Part shown: positions 1-8,997 of the stretch, piece by piece
How the letters are laid out: the number at the start of each line of letters is the position of its first letter
Numbering within the stretch: the stretch's first letter is position 1
Assembly (NCBI GenBank): GCA_038042445.1
Contig: JBBTED010000086.1
Span: 1-23,355, forward strand
Origin: Candidatus Firestoneibacteriota bacterium
GTDB lineage: Bacteria > Oederibacteriota > D2-FULL-39-29 > JBBTED01
Direction: 5' to 3'
Length of the DNA: 23,355 nucleotides
Made by a program: the position numbers and the translations under genes
The notes under the pieces: model-generated
The model's input: only the letters and a program-made list of their open reading frames with translations
What the model was told of the DNA's origin: nothing
Database searches by the model: none

Positions 1-74
1 ACCTTTATTTATCAGTATTTATGAATTTTCTTCATAAAACTTTTTACAGTACCTTTATTTATCCTTTTGCGCTT

Positions 75-224
75 TTATGGTATTGGCAAACACACCATTT
101 CAACTATTCTATTAAAATATATTGAAATAGCTTTAAGGAAAATCTGGTATACTCCATATAAACTAAAAAATAATATGCTTGTAGTCAATACGTATTCTAC
201 CATTATTTGTCCCTTGGAATTCAT
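75..224 (-). CDS. Small prepilin-like protein (class III signal peptide, Flp/Tad minor-pilin-like), 49 aa
   Basis: ATG at 224 gives MNSKG|QIMVEYVLTTSILFFSLYGVY: KG cleavage motif, E at +5, hydrophobic helix. The longer 338 start overlaps galT. Confidence 0.65.
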   Translation of the reverse strand: MNSKGQIMVEYVLTTSILFFSLYGVYQIFLKAISIYFNRIVEMVCLPIP

Positions 225-258
225 TTTTAAAACGCCGATAAATCGGCAACTACATCTA

Positions 259-1257
259 CTATAGTTCAACTTCGCGCATATATTTTGCAGCATCTTCCGG
301 CGGTGTAGGATTAATGTAAAACCCTGAACCCCATTCAAATCCTGCTACTTTAGTGAGTTTCGGCATTATTTCAAAATGCCAATGTTCCACCTCTGAATCC
401 TGTTTTCTCAATGCAGAAGTATGCAAAATATAATTGTATGGTGGATCGTTTAAAGATTTTTTCAACCTCATCAGTGTCTCTTTTAATATTCTCGCTAAAT
501 CCATTGCTTCTTCTTTTGTAACATTTAAAAAATCAGGTGAATGTCTTTTTGGAAAAATCCATGTTTCAAATGGAAACCTTGGAGCAAATGGACAAAATGA
601 TACAAAATTTTTGTTTTCGGCTACAATTCGTTCCCCACTTGATAATTCCTGTCTTACTATATCACAAAACACACATCTTTCTTTATATTCAAAATACTGT
701 CTGGCACTTCTTGATTCTTCCTGAACTCTTTTTGGCACAATCGGAGTTGCTATTAATTGTGAATGTGGATGTTCCAAAGACGCACCTGCAGCTTCACCAT
801 GATTTCTGAATATAAGTATATATTCAAAACGCAAATCTTTTTTTAAATCAACTCCTCTATCCCTATATGCCCATATCACATTTTCTACCTCAGCATCACT
901 TAAATCACAAATACTTTTATCGTGATCAGGAGTTTCAACTACCACTTCGTGAGCACCAATACCATTCATCATATCGTACATTCCTACACCTCTGCGTCCC
1001 AAATCACCTTCTATTTGAAGAGCAGGAAATTTATTTGGAATTACCCGTATTTGCCAGCCCGGAGTATTGGGCTTTGTGCTTGGATCTCTGTATGCAAGTA
1101 TTTCTGGTGGTGTTTTATCTTCATTGCCATAACAAAATGGACAAAATCCATGTTTTTTAACAGTAGATTCTTTTGCAAAATCAGATGGTCTTTTACCTCG
1201 CTCAGTAGCTATAATAACCCATCTTGATGTCACCGGATCTTTTCTTAATTCAGGCAT
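259..1257 (-). CDS. galT: Galactose-1-phosphate uridylyltransferase
   Basis: MPELRKDP start, CPFC zinc site, NKFPAL, GASLEHPHSQ catalytic HxH; AGGAGG RBS upstream. Confidence 0.93.
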   Translation of the reverse strand: MPELRKDPVTSRWVIIATERGKRPSDFAKESTVKKHGFCPFCYGNEDKTPPEILAYRDPSTKPNTPGWQIRVIPNKFPALQIEGDLGRRGVGMYDMMNGIGAHEVVVETPDHDKSICDLSDAEVENVIWAYRDRGVDLKKDLRFEYILIFRNHGEAAGASLEHPHSQLIATPIVPKRVQEESRSARQYFEYKERCVFCDIVRQELSSGERIVAENKNFVSFCPFAPRFPFETWIFPKRHSPDFLNVTKEEAMDLARILKETLMRLKKSLNDPPYNYILHTSALRKQDSEVEHWHFEIMPKLTKVAGFEWGSGFYINPTPPEDAAKYMREVEL

Positions 1258-1269
1258 ATTTATTCCTCC

Positions 1270-2484
1270 TTACGCTCCATATTTTTTTAATTTTAAACTA
1301 TGCGCTAATGCAAGTGGCATTATATTTAACGCATTTAAATGACCTAACCCGCCTTTATAACATTCACGTTCTGTCCATCTGCTCACACCATCAGAAATAA
1401 CATATTTAGATGACAAAAGAATTGGCACAGGATGCCAGCTATGTGCCTTTAAACGAGATGGAGTAGAATGATCTCCTGTTAGGACAAGCACATCAGGATT
1501 TAAATTTAAAATATCAGGCAGGCATCTATCAAAATCTTCTAACACAGCAACTTTTGCATCAAAATTTCCATCCTCACCAGAACTATCAGTTTTCTTAATA
1601 TGAAAATAAAAAAATTCAAAATTACTTAAATTCTCTTTTAATGTTTTTATCTCATCTCGTATTGTATCACCTGTTTGTAAAATTTCCATACCAACAAGTT
1701 TGGCTAATCCTTTATACATCGGATAAGTAGCTATAGCCGCAGATTTAACCTTATAAACATCCTGCATTTGAGGCAAATCTGGATATTTGGAAAACCCTCT
1801 CAGCAACATCATATTTGATGGCTTGAACTCCTTTAGAATATTTTTGGCCTGAGCCAAAAACTCATTAACAGCAATTGCTGTTATCTCACTATTACTATCT
1901 AATGCTTTTATTTCCTTTGATTGCAGTCCTTCTTTTTGTGGATCAGAATCAGAGAGATTTCCTCCTGCATTTTCCTTTCTGAATATAACTGAAGCTCTAT
2001 GTTCTTTTTCTGGTCGGACAAATATTTCAAAATTTTTTACTTTTATATTGCTTTCAAGCAACTGACACAATTCTTTGCATTTTTCAGTAGAAATTCTGCC
2101 TGCCCTTCTATCAGTAATAATTTCTTGTTCATCAACTGTGCAAAAATTAGCTCTGGATGCAATATCAGACTGTTTAATTTCAAAACCAATTCCAACAGCA
2201 CCTAAAATTCCTCTACCTATTTCATATTTTATTGGATCATACCCGAATAAAGCAAGATGAGCTGGACCACTTCCAGGAGTTATACCCGGTGCAATAGGAT
2301 ACGAAAACCCACACTGCGAAATTTTTGCAAGTTCATCCATATTTTTGGTATTAGCAGTCTCAAGTTCCGTCTTCCCTGTTTTCTCACTTGTAAGCCCGCC
2401 AAGACCATCAAGAACAACCAATACAATTTTAGCAGAATTAGAAATTGCAAGTTTTTCAATAAATTTTTGGTCAACAATATTCAT
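1270..2484 (-). CDS. apgM: 2,3-bisphosphoglycerate-independent phosphoglycerate mutase (ApgM type)
   Basis: LDGLGG, TELE, PGSGPAHL, GRG, DRRAGRI, GDHSTP..H motifs. Confidence 0.88.
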   Translation of the reverse strand: MNIVDQKFIEKLAISNSAKIVLVVLDGLGGLTSEKTGKTELETANTKNMDELAKISQCGFSYPIAPGITPGSGPAHLALFGYDPIKYEIGRGILGAVGIGFEIKQSDIASRANFCTVDEQEIITDRRAGRISTEKCKELCQLLESNIKVKNFEIFVRPEKEHRASVIFRKENAGGNLSDSDPQKEGLQSKEIKALDSNSEITAIAVNEFLAQAKNILKEFKPSNMMLLRGFSKYPDLPQMQDVYKVKSAAIATYPMYKGLAKLVGMEILQTGDTIRDEIKTLKENLSNFEFFYFHIKKTDSSGEDGNFDAKVAVLEDFDRCLPDILNLNPDVLVLTGDHSTPSRLKAHSWHPVPILLSSKYVISDGVSRWTERECYKGGLGHLNALNIMPLALAHSLKLKKYGA

Positions 2485-2529
2485 AATTTGATAATGATAA
2501 CAAAATTCGGATAAAAGTCAATTTAAAAA

Positions 2530-3603
2530 TTAGTTTTGGACTTCTATAAGTTTGTAATTTCTGTTTCCAAGACCTATTTTTTCTGCATGCAAAAGTTGAG
2601 GTGTGTGGTCAAGATTAGGATAAGCTGACTCATTAATTTTTTTTCCTGTTTCTTTTTCAATTAAATCAATTGATGCCTGATCAATAGCTACAGGATCATA
2701 AGAAGCAAGTATTCCAAGAGATTCCACAAATGGCTTTTGAACCCAAGTCATACAATCACAATCTTTTGTTACATCAATTACAAAATTAAAAAAAGCTGTT
2801 TTATTTTTTTTATCTATTACAGAGCCATAAGCATGCTCTGCAACTTTTTCCTGAAGTTCATTAGAAGAAACCCTGTAATTAAATCTTACTGCTTCATTTT
2901 TACATACAGCCAAACATTCTGCGCACCCAATACATTTAGCAGAAATAATAAATGCGGATTTCTCTTTCATTTTTATTGTATTCGCAGGACACCATTTTAC
3001 ACACAAACCACATTTTTTGCATTTACTTTCAACAATTTCAGGTAAAACTGAAGAATGCTGATTTAATTTTCCTTTCCTGCTTGAAGTCCCCATTCCAAGA
3101 TTTTTAATAGCACCTCCAAATCCTGCTGCAAGATGTCCTGTAGGATGTGAAATAACAAATAAAGCATTAGCCATAACTATTTCAGTTGCAACAGGAACTT
3201 TTTTGTAATATTTCCCGGAAATTTCCACTTCAATTTCATTTTTGCCAATTAAACCATCACTTATTATTACAGGTGCTCCAACATTTTCCATTGTGAATCC
3301 ATGCTTATGTGCCAGATGCAAATGGTCTACAGCATTTGACCTTGCTCCAGAATAAAGAGTGTTTGTATCTGTAAGAAATGGCTTGCCTTTGTTTTTCTTT
3401 ATTTTTTCAACAACCGGTGCAATTAAATATGGTTTAAGATACGTAGTATTTTTTTCTTCACCAAAATGAACTTTCACAGCAACTAAATCTTTTTCTTCTA
3501 TGCAACTTTTAAAACCCGCAGTATCAAATAATAAACCGATTTTTTGTGCGATAGAAATTTGGTTTTCGTTTTTTGATGTCTTTATAAAATATACAGAACT
3601 CAT
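2530..3603 (-). CDS. DUF362-family Fe-S protein with a 2x[4Fe-4S] ferredoxin insert
   Basis: VAVKVHFGE, TDTNTLY..R, GGAIKNLGMG, CKKCGLC..CP, CIGCAEC..C, DCDC, DPVAIDQAS. Confidence 0.88.
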   Translation of the reverse strand: MSSVYFIKTSKNENQISIAQKIGLLFDTAGFKSCIEEKDLVAVKVHFGEEKNTTYLKPYLIAPVVEKIKKNKGKPFLTDTNTLYSGARSNAVDHLHLAHKHGFTMENVGAPVIISDGLIGKNEIEVEISGKYYKKVPVATEIVMANALFVISHPTGHLAAGFGGAIKNLGMGTSSRKGKLNQHSSVLPEIVESKCKKCGLCVKWCPANTIKMKEKSAFIISAKCIGCAECLAVCKNEAVRFNYRVSSNELQEKVAEHAYGSVIDKKNKTAFFNFVIDVTKDCDCMTWVQKPFVESLGILASYDPVAIDQASIDLIEKETGKKINESAYPNLDHTPQLLHAEKIGLGNRNYKLIEVQN

Positions 3604-3611
3604 TATATTTT

Positions 3612-3698
3612 GAACTCCCCTTTTATCCCCTCTTTAGCAAAGAGGGGAGATTCACAACATATTTCCCCTCTTTACTAAAGAGGGGGTAGGGGGAGTTC
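3612..3698. repeat. Inverted doublet of AACTCCCC..CCCCTCTTT-AGY-AAAGAGGGGA palindromic repeat
   Basis: Two hairpin units in opposite orientation, outer GAACTCCCC/GGGGAGTTC; overlaps the DUF559 stop. Confidence 0.9.
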
Positions 3699-4043
3699 GC
3701 TCTCTAATTGCATAAAAACTCCCTCTACATTTTTCAAAATATCAAGATTTGAAAAACGCATTGTTTTTACGCCCACTGACACCATATATTGTTCCCGTTC
3801 TCCATCATAAGCATACCCTTCTTCCGTATAGTGTTGCCCTCCATCAATTTCAATAACAAGTTTCAATTTCGGGCAATAAAAATCAACTATATATTTATCA
3901 ATACCATATTGCCTAAAAAACTTATATCCTTCTACTTGTCTATTCCTTAATTTACTCCACAATAATTTTTCTGCTTCTGTTTGATTTTTTCTTAGCACCT
4001 TCCGTTTCTTTTTCGTTTCTTGCCTGTTAAATATTTCCATCAT
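3675..4043 (-). CDS. DUF559 (Vsr-like PD-(D/E)XK) endonuclease
   Basis: LRKNQTEAEKLLW..LR, KFFRQ, YIVDFYC..KLVIEIDGGQH, RFSN. Confidence 0.9.
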   Translation of the reverse strand: MMEIFNRQETKKKRKVLRKNQTEAEKLLWSKLRNRQVEGYKFFRQYGIDKYIVDFYCPKLKLVIEIDGGQHYTEEGYAYDGEREQYMVSVGVKTMRFSNLDILKNVEGVFMQLESELPLPPL

Positions 4044-4173
4044 ACACCCAATTGCTTTTAATATAAGCTACGAGTATCTGTTTGTAAAGAAGAATTTTAT
4101 TGAAGTTTCCTTTAAAAACTATAAAAAATACCCACAAATTTAGTGATGAGAAGATAACATGAAAAAAATTGAA

Positions 4174-4201
4174 TTGACAGGATTTTGAATTGGAGTAAAA
4201 T
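4174..4201 (+). promoter_or_regulatory. Sigma70-type promoter upstream of the ECF gene
   Basis: TTGACA-16-TAAAAT. Confidence 0.55.
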
Positions 4202-4209
4202 ACAATAAG

Positions 4210-4237
4210 CGTAACTATTATTTTACTTTTGCGTCTT
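4210..4237 (+). promoter_or_regulatory. Putative autoregulatory ECF promoter
   Basis: cGTAACt..gCGTCtt with GTAAC-16-CGTC spacing; identical motif and spacing at 5596. Confidence 0.75.
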
Positions 4238-4254
4238 ATACTATAGGAGGGAAA

Positions 4255-4788
4255 TTGGAGTCTCGGGATTTTCCAAAAGAAATCATTGAAAAGGCTAAAG
4301 ATTCTGATTCTAAAGCCATTGCGGAAATTTTTGAGCATTATTACACAAAAATTTACCGATACCTTTATTATCGCACAATGACCACTCAGGATGCTGAGGA
4401 TCTGGCAAGCGAGGTTTTTGTAAAGGTGGTAAAGTCTATAAAACGTCAGAGTGGCAATTTTGAATCATGGCTGTATATGATTGCCAAAAATACGTTGACT
4501 GATTACTACAGGCGAAATTCGGTAAGAAAAGAATATGTTTCGGATGAGGAAGTATTGGAAAATATACCAGATAATGCAAAGATAAACAGCGGTTCTCTTA
4601 CTCAAGAGGAACTAAAAATAGCTATTAATAAATTGACCAATGAACAGCAGGAGGTAGTTACTTTAAGATTTATAGAGGGATACGATAACAGGGAAACAGC
4701 TCAAATAATGGATAAAAGTATCGGTGCAGTCAAGTCATTACAGTTTAGGGCGTTGATTTCCTTGAAAGAGATTTTGAAGGAAGGTTAG
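4255..4788 (+). CDS. ECF sigma-70 factor
   Basis: TTG start after AGGAGG; DAEDLASEVF, FESWLYMIAKN, region 4 L..EQQEVVTLRF..GAVKSLQFRA. Confidence 0.93.
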   Translation: MESRDFPKEIIEKAKDSDSKAIAEIFEHYYTKIYRYLYYRTMTTQDAEDLASEVFVKVVKSIKRQSGNFESWLYMIAKNTLTDYYRRNSVRKEYVSDEEVLENIPDNAKINSGSLTQEELKIAINKLTNEQQEVVTLRFIEGYDNRETAQIMDKSIGAVKSLQFRALISLKEILKEG

Positions 4789-4792
4789 GAAT

Positions 4793-5581
4793 ATGAATAA
4801 AATAGAGGATATATTAGACCTTTGTTTAGAGGACCTTAAAAATGGCAAGGACTTGCAAGAGATTCTTGCAAAATATCCTGATCATGCAAAGGAACTTGAG
4901 TTTCTTTTGACAATCGCAACAAAGATCCAGTCTATTCCGAAGCCGGAGCCAAGCACAAATGCTGCCTATAAAACCATGGTTGAGGCAGGTAAATACTTGT
5001 CAAAAGAGATTATTTTAAAACCCCGGGTTGGCTTGAAGTGGTTTATTAATCCCAGATTTGCTTTTGCAAAAGTCATAGTTACAATTTTAATAGTAATCTT
5101 ATTTACATGGACTACTGTAAACGTATCTGTGAGTGCATTACCAGGTGATTTTTTATATCCAATTAAATTAGCAACCGAGAAGATAAAACTTATCCTGACT
5201 GTTAATCTCGAAGGGAAAGCGGAGATGAGGTTAACTTTTTCTGAAGAGAGGATGAAAGAACTTTTGTCCCGTTACAGTAAAAATGGAGTAATAGATAACA
5301 GGTTGATAATCGCTATGCTTGATGAAGCGAAGTTGGCACTGAATAAAATATCTTCTTTACCGAAAGAGAAACAACCATTATTCTATTCCAAGGTAGATCA
5401 TTTTAATGCCTACCAGAAAGAAACTCTTCAGTCAATTCAACCGCACGTCTCTGGGCAGCAGAAAGAGTATATTAATAATGCGATTGAAATCTGCTCTAAC
5501 CGTACAGAGTGGATGCAGAATATGATGAAACAGGGTATGTATTGTCCTTGGGATGAATCTCCTAATTGTAATTGGAAATAA
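4793..5581 (+). CDS. Putative membrane anti-sigma factor with DUF5667-like domain
   Basis: Directly follows sigma; N-terminal cytoplasmic domain, one TM, ALPGDFLYPIKLATE motif, Cys/Met-rich tail. Confidence 0.75.
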   Translation: MNKIEDILDLCLEDLKNGKDLQEILAKYPDHAKELEFLLTIATKIQSIPKPEPSTNAAYKTMVEAGKYLSKEIILKPRVGLKWFINPRFAFAKVIVTILIVILFTWTTVNVSVSALPGDFLYPIKLATEKIKLILTVNLEGKAEMRLTFSEERMKELLSRYSKNGVIDNRLIIAMLDEAKLALNKISSLPKEKQPLFYSKVDHFNAYQKETLQSIQPHVSGQQKEYINNAIEICSNRTEWMQNMMKQGMYCPWDESPNCNWK

Positions 5582-5595
5582 TCCATAAAATTCTC

Positions 5596-5623
5596 CGTAA
5601 CTTTTTGACACCCCATGCGTCTT
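5596..5623 (+). promoter_or_regulatory. Putative ECF target promoter
   Basis: cGTAACt..gCGTCtt with GTAAC-16-CGTC spacing. Confidence 0.75.
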
Positions 5624-5655
5624 TATAAGTGAAGAAACAGAAGGAGGTGAGTCAA

Positions 5656-5826
5656 ATGTATTGCGGTGGATGGAGTGGATTTTTGGGATATCCATATTAC
5701 TTTGGAGGATTGGTAGGGATTTTATTCCATGTAACCATATTATCTTTGGTTGTCTGGCTAATAGTTACAATAGTAAAAAGCCTAACAATCCAGAGAACAA
5801 AAGATTCTAACGGAGGTGCAAAATGA
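5656..5826 (+). CDS. Small membrane protein, 56 aa
   Basis: AAGGAGGTGA RBS then ATG 5656; Gly/aromatic N-terminus (MYCGGW) and one TM helix. Confidence 0.75.
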   Translation: MYCGGWSGFLGYPYYFGGLVGILFHVTILSLVVWLIVTIVKSLTIQRTKDSNGGAK

Positions 5827-6092
5827 AGAAGAGATTTTTTATATCCATATTGTTATTAGTAAGTATGCTGTTGTTTTCAGTTAATATTTACGCTCATTAT
5901 AATGGTCATCGTAAATCCGATGTTAAAGTAGAGGCTAAGAATGTAGATAAGGGGATACAACTTATTATCACATCAGATGACCCAGAGGTAACAAAAGAAT
6001 TACAAGAGAATGCTCGTTATTACAAAGAGATATTATCTGAGGCTGATAGTTTTTATTGTTCAGATATGAAGGATATGTGTGGTAAACATTAA
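5823..6092 (+). CDS. Small exported protein with His/Cys/Met termini
   Basis: GGAGG RBS, ATGA overlap, signal peptide ending IYA, mature start HYNGH, C-terminal CSDMKDMCGKH. Confidence 0.8.
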   Translation: MKKRFFISILLLVSMLLFSVNIYAHYNGHRKSDVKVEAKNVDKGIQLIITSDDPEVTKELQENARYYKEILSEADSFYCSDMKDMCGKH

Positions 6093-6114
6093 AGAAGTTA
6101 TATCCAAAATTAGA

Positions 6115-6164
6115 GTAATAGGTTAGCCATTATAAAAATTTACTTGGAATGGTTAACCTATTAC
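6115..6164. mobile_element. Minimal (empty) MITE-like element, GTAATAG-ended family
   Basis: GTAATAGGTTAGCCATT / AATGGTTAACCTATTAC inverted ends (16/17); same ends as the 15777-15920 element. Confidence 0.65.
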
Positions 6165-6275
6165 CATCTGCCTTCCCATTTTCATACCACAAAAAATTAG
6201 TCTTGACAGCATATACTATTTATTATATATATCTTTGTAGAAAGGACTAAAAAATAAATAAACAAAGGAGAAATT

Positions 6276-7466
6276 ATGTCAAAATATAGGTATCTTTTTT
6301 TAGTAATATTTGTTCTGTATATATCTGGTTGTGCAGGTACATCAAAAGAAATTAAGCAGGCACCTTTAACGCAAATACCGGCAGAAGATGAATCAAAGTA
6401 TGTTACTGTAGAAGCGGAGAGCTTAACTGCTCCGATAAAAGATAATATACTTGCCACAAAAGAACAGGGATTAATGGCTGCGCAAAGAGCTGCATTGGAA
6501 AAAGCACTTGGAGTATTTATAAGCGCGCAAACTATAGTGCAACAAGCTGCATTATTAGAAGAAAATATCTTTGCAAGAACTGCAGGATACATAAAGGATT
6601 ACAAAATTTTGTCAGAAGGTCCTGATGGTGAATTTTATAAAACAAAAATTTCTGCAAAAGTAAAAATGGGTGATATAAGCAAGGAAATCGATGTTTTAGG
6701 ATTACTTATAAAAAGCAAAAAGGTTGGGAATCCACGTGTAATGGTTTTAATTAACGAAGAAATCGATGGGATTAAGTCAACACAATCTATAGCAGAAACA
6801 ATTATAATAAAAAAATTGCTTGACCTTGGATACCGTGTAGTTGACCAGGAACAAATTTCAAAAATAAAACAGGATGACGAGGTAGTAAAAGCATTAAGTG
6901 GAGATGCAAATGCCACTGCAAAAGTAGGCAAAAAATTTGATGCAGAAGTCATAATATCCGGAACTGCAATAACCAAATTCAATACGGACCAGGGATTAGC
7001 AGGAATGATATCTTACAGAGCTGTAATCGACGCTAAAGTTTTAAAGGTAAGCACAGGAGATATGTTGTTAGCATCTACACCAAAACAAGGAGCAGGAATT
7101 GATGTTACAAAAGAAATGGCTGCAAAAAATTCTATAATAAAACTTTCTACAAGTGTTGCTGAAGAAATAGTCCCACAAATCGCGCCTAAATTATATGACA
7201 GTTCTTCAATAAAACTTGTAGTTAATGGAATACCTACCTTAAACAAACTTCAGGAGTTTAGTAATATAGTAAGATATTTAGATGGTGTTTCTGCAACTTA
7301 TGTACGATCTTATGAAGGCAATACAGCACAGCTTGAACTCGAGCTGAAATTTGGTAATACACAAACACTTGCTGCAAAACTTGAAGCATTGAAAGACTGG
7401 AATATGCAGGTAAAAGAAACAGCAGGAAATCTAATAACTATGGAGGTTAAAAATGAAACGAAATAA
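6276..7466 (+). CDS. Lipoprotein with FlgT-N/LPP20-like N-terminal domain and CsgG/FlgT-M-like domain
   Basis: Lipobox ISG|C19; AALEKALGVFI..GYIKDYKIL; PRVMVLI..GYRVVD. Confidence 0.75.
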   Translation: MSKYRYLFLVIFVLYISGCAGTSKEIKQAPLTQIPAEDESKYVTVEAESLTAPIKDNILATKEQGLMAAQRAALEKALGVFISAQTIVQQAALLEENIFARTAGYIKDYKILSEGPDGEFYKTKISAKVKMGDISKEIDVLGLLIKSKKVGNPRVMVLINEEIDGIKSTQSIAETIIIKKLLDLGYRVVDQEQISKIKQDDEVVKALSGDANATAKVGKKFDAEVIISGTAITKFNTDQGLAGMISYRAVIDAKVLKVSTGDMLLASTPKQGAGIDVTKEMAAKNSIIKLSTSVAEEIVPQIAPKLYDSSSIKLVVNGIPTLNKLQEFSNIVRYLDGVSATYVRSYEGNTAQLELELKFGNTQTLAAKLEALKDWNMQVKETAGNLITMEVKNETK

Positions 7467-8826
7467 GTTATTTATAACAGGTATTATAATATTTTCACTA
7501 TTATTTGTGAATTATGGTTATGCTGAAACTCAGAGAAAATCTGTAATAAGTTTTCTAAAAGGAAGTGCTAAAATCCAAAAAAAAGGAGGTTCTGACTGGA
7601 CTCCTGCAACCCTCAACTTTTCCTTAACACAAGGTGATAGAATTGAAACTTCTGCAGACACAAAAATGGAAATAAAACTTGATGATGGAAGCATTGTCCG
7701 AATTGGGCCAAAAACAACTATGGTTCTTTCAGAATACTCTGAAGATTCAGCACAAGTCAAATCCACATCTGTGAACGTATTTATGGGAAGAGTCTGGGCA
7801 AATGTAGCCAAACCATTAAAAGGCGATGCTAAATTCAAGATAGCAACTCCCTCTGCAATTGCTGCAGTTAAAGGCACAGTATATCGTGCTGATGTTTCCG
7901 ATTCTACAAGCCAAATCAATGTTTATGATGGAACAGTTAGCGTGCAAAAAACTGATGGAGGAGAAAGCATTGATATTACAAAATTAGAAATGTTAATTGC
8001 ATTACCTGCAACAGCTCTTGAAAAATCACCTTTTGACGAAAAAGATGATGAAAAAGATGAATGGATTCGCTGGAATAAATCACGTGATAAATTACGTGTT
8101 ATGATAATAATTCCAGAAAAACGCGCAGGTGAAAAAGCTCTTTCATCTATGGCTGAATCAAAAATGATAGAAAAATTTTTACAGAATTATTTATTCAGAG
8201 TACTTGACCAATCACAAGTAGATAAAATACGAGAAGATGCAAAAGTAAAAGCTGCGTTAGGCGGTGATAACAGAGCCGCAGCAGTCGCAGGGCTTGAACA
8301 AGCTTGTGATATAGTTATTATTGGAGAATCTTCATCTCAGTCATTCTCAGGAGAAATGTTAGGAGGAATGACTTCCTCTGTTGGCAACATAGTTGCACGT
8401 GTTATAAGAGCAGATACAGCAGAAATTTTGGCAACTAAAAGCGACACAGGAAGAAAACTTGATATTACACCAGATGCAGCAGCTGTAAAAGCACTGTCAG
8501 ATGCATCCTCAAAATTATCAGATTATTTTGTTGCAGAAATAGTAAAAGGATGGAAAAAAGAAATAAAAAAAGGTGCTACTATAGATATAGTTGTATCAGG
8601 TTTGAAATCTTTCAAGGACTTGTCACAAGTTGAATTAGCTCTGTCAAAAATCTCAGGTTTAAAAGATATACAAAAACTGTATTTTGTTGGAGACCGCGCG
8701 CTTTTAAATGCAACTTTTGTTGGAGATACCGTCACACTTGCTGAAAAAATAGATGAAATATCTGATATTAAATTAAATGTAATCGGATTGTCTGCTTATA
8801 AAATTGAACTGGATGTAAAACTATAA
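7453..8826 (+). CDS. Exported FecR-domain protein fused to a module paralogous to the upstream lipoprotein
   Basis: Signal peptide; GDRIET..LDDGSIVRIG, TPSAIAAVKGT, VYDGTV; then LRVMIII..FRVLDQ. Confidence 0.8.
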   Translation: MKRNKLFITGIIIFSLLFVNYGYAETQRKSVISFLKGSAKIQKKGGSDWTPATLNFSLTQGDRIETSADTKMEIKLDDGSIVRIGPKTTMVLSEYSEDSAQVKSTSVNVFMGRVWANVAKPLKGDAKFKIATPSAIAAVKGTVYRADVSDSTSQINVYDGTVSVQKTDGGESIDITKLEMLIALPATALEKSPFDEKDDEKDEWIRWNKSRDKLRVMIIIPEKRAGEKALSSMAESKMIEKFLQNYLFRVLDQSQVDKIREDAKVKAALGGDNRAAAVAGLEQACDIVIIGESSSQSFSGEMLGGMTSSVGNIVARVIRADTAEILATKSDTGRKLDITPDAAAVKALSDASSKLSDYFVAEIVKGWKKEIKKGATIDIVVSGLKSFKDLSQVELALSKISGLKDIQKLYFVGDRALLNATFVGDTVTLAEKIDEISDIKLNVIGLSAYKIELDVKL

Positions 8827-8854
8827 TATTTTAGCGGTTGTCATTCCTGTGAAC

Positions 8855-8997
8855 AGACTGTGTCATAATTGAAATAATTGCTGTTTTGTCATGCCCGAGT
8901 GTATTAATCGGGCATCCAGAGTCTTGTTTTATTAATGTTTTAAAGACACTGGATTCCCGCTTACAACATGCGGGAATGACAAAAAAACAATTATGAC
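8855..8997. mobile_element. MITE-like shell (GTCATAATTG/CAATTATGAC) enclosing a GTCAT..CCCG REP doublet (8888-8980)
   Basis: 10-bp perfect outer IR at 8862-8871 and 8988-8997; inner units GTCATGCCCGA..TCGGGCATCCAG and CTGGATTCCCGC..GCGGGAATGAC. Confidence 0.65.

Noticed and set aside
1..63. ACCTTTATTTATC direct repeat at 1-13 and 51-63, considered as a CRISPR edge or prepilin start
   Set aside because: Only two short AT-rich copies at the window edge; the frame giving INKG has an upstream stop and no start.
4027..4338. 103-aa minus-strand ORF and the other short antisense or overlapping ORFs in the track
   Set aside because: Shadow ORFs over promoters or well-supported genes, with no recognisable motifs.
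6203..6235. TTGACA promoter upstream of the lipoprotein
   Set aside because: No good -10 hexamer at 16-18 nt spacing, so it was left uncalled.
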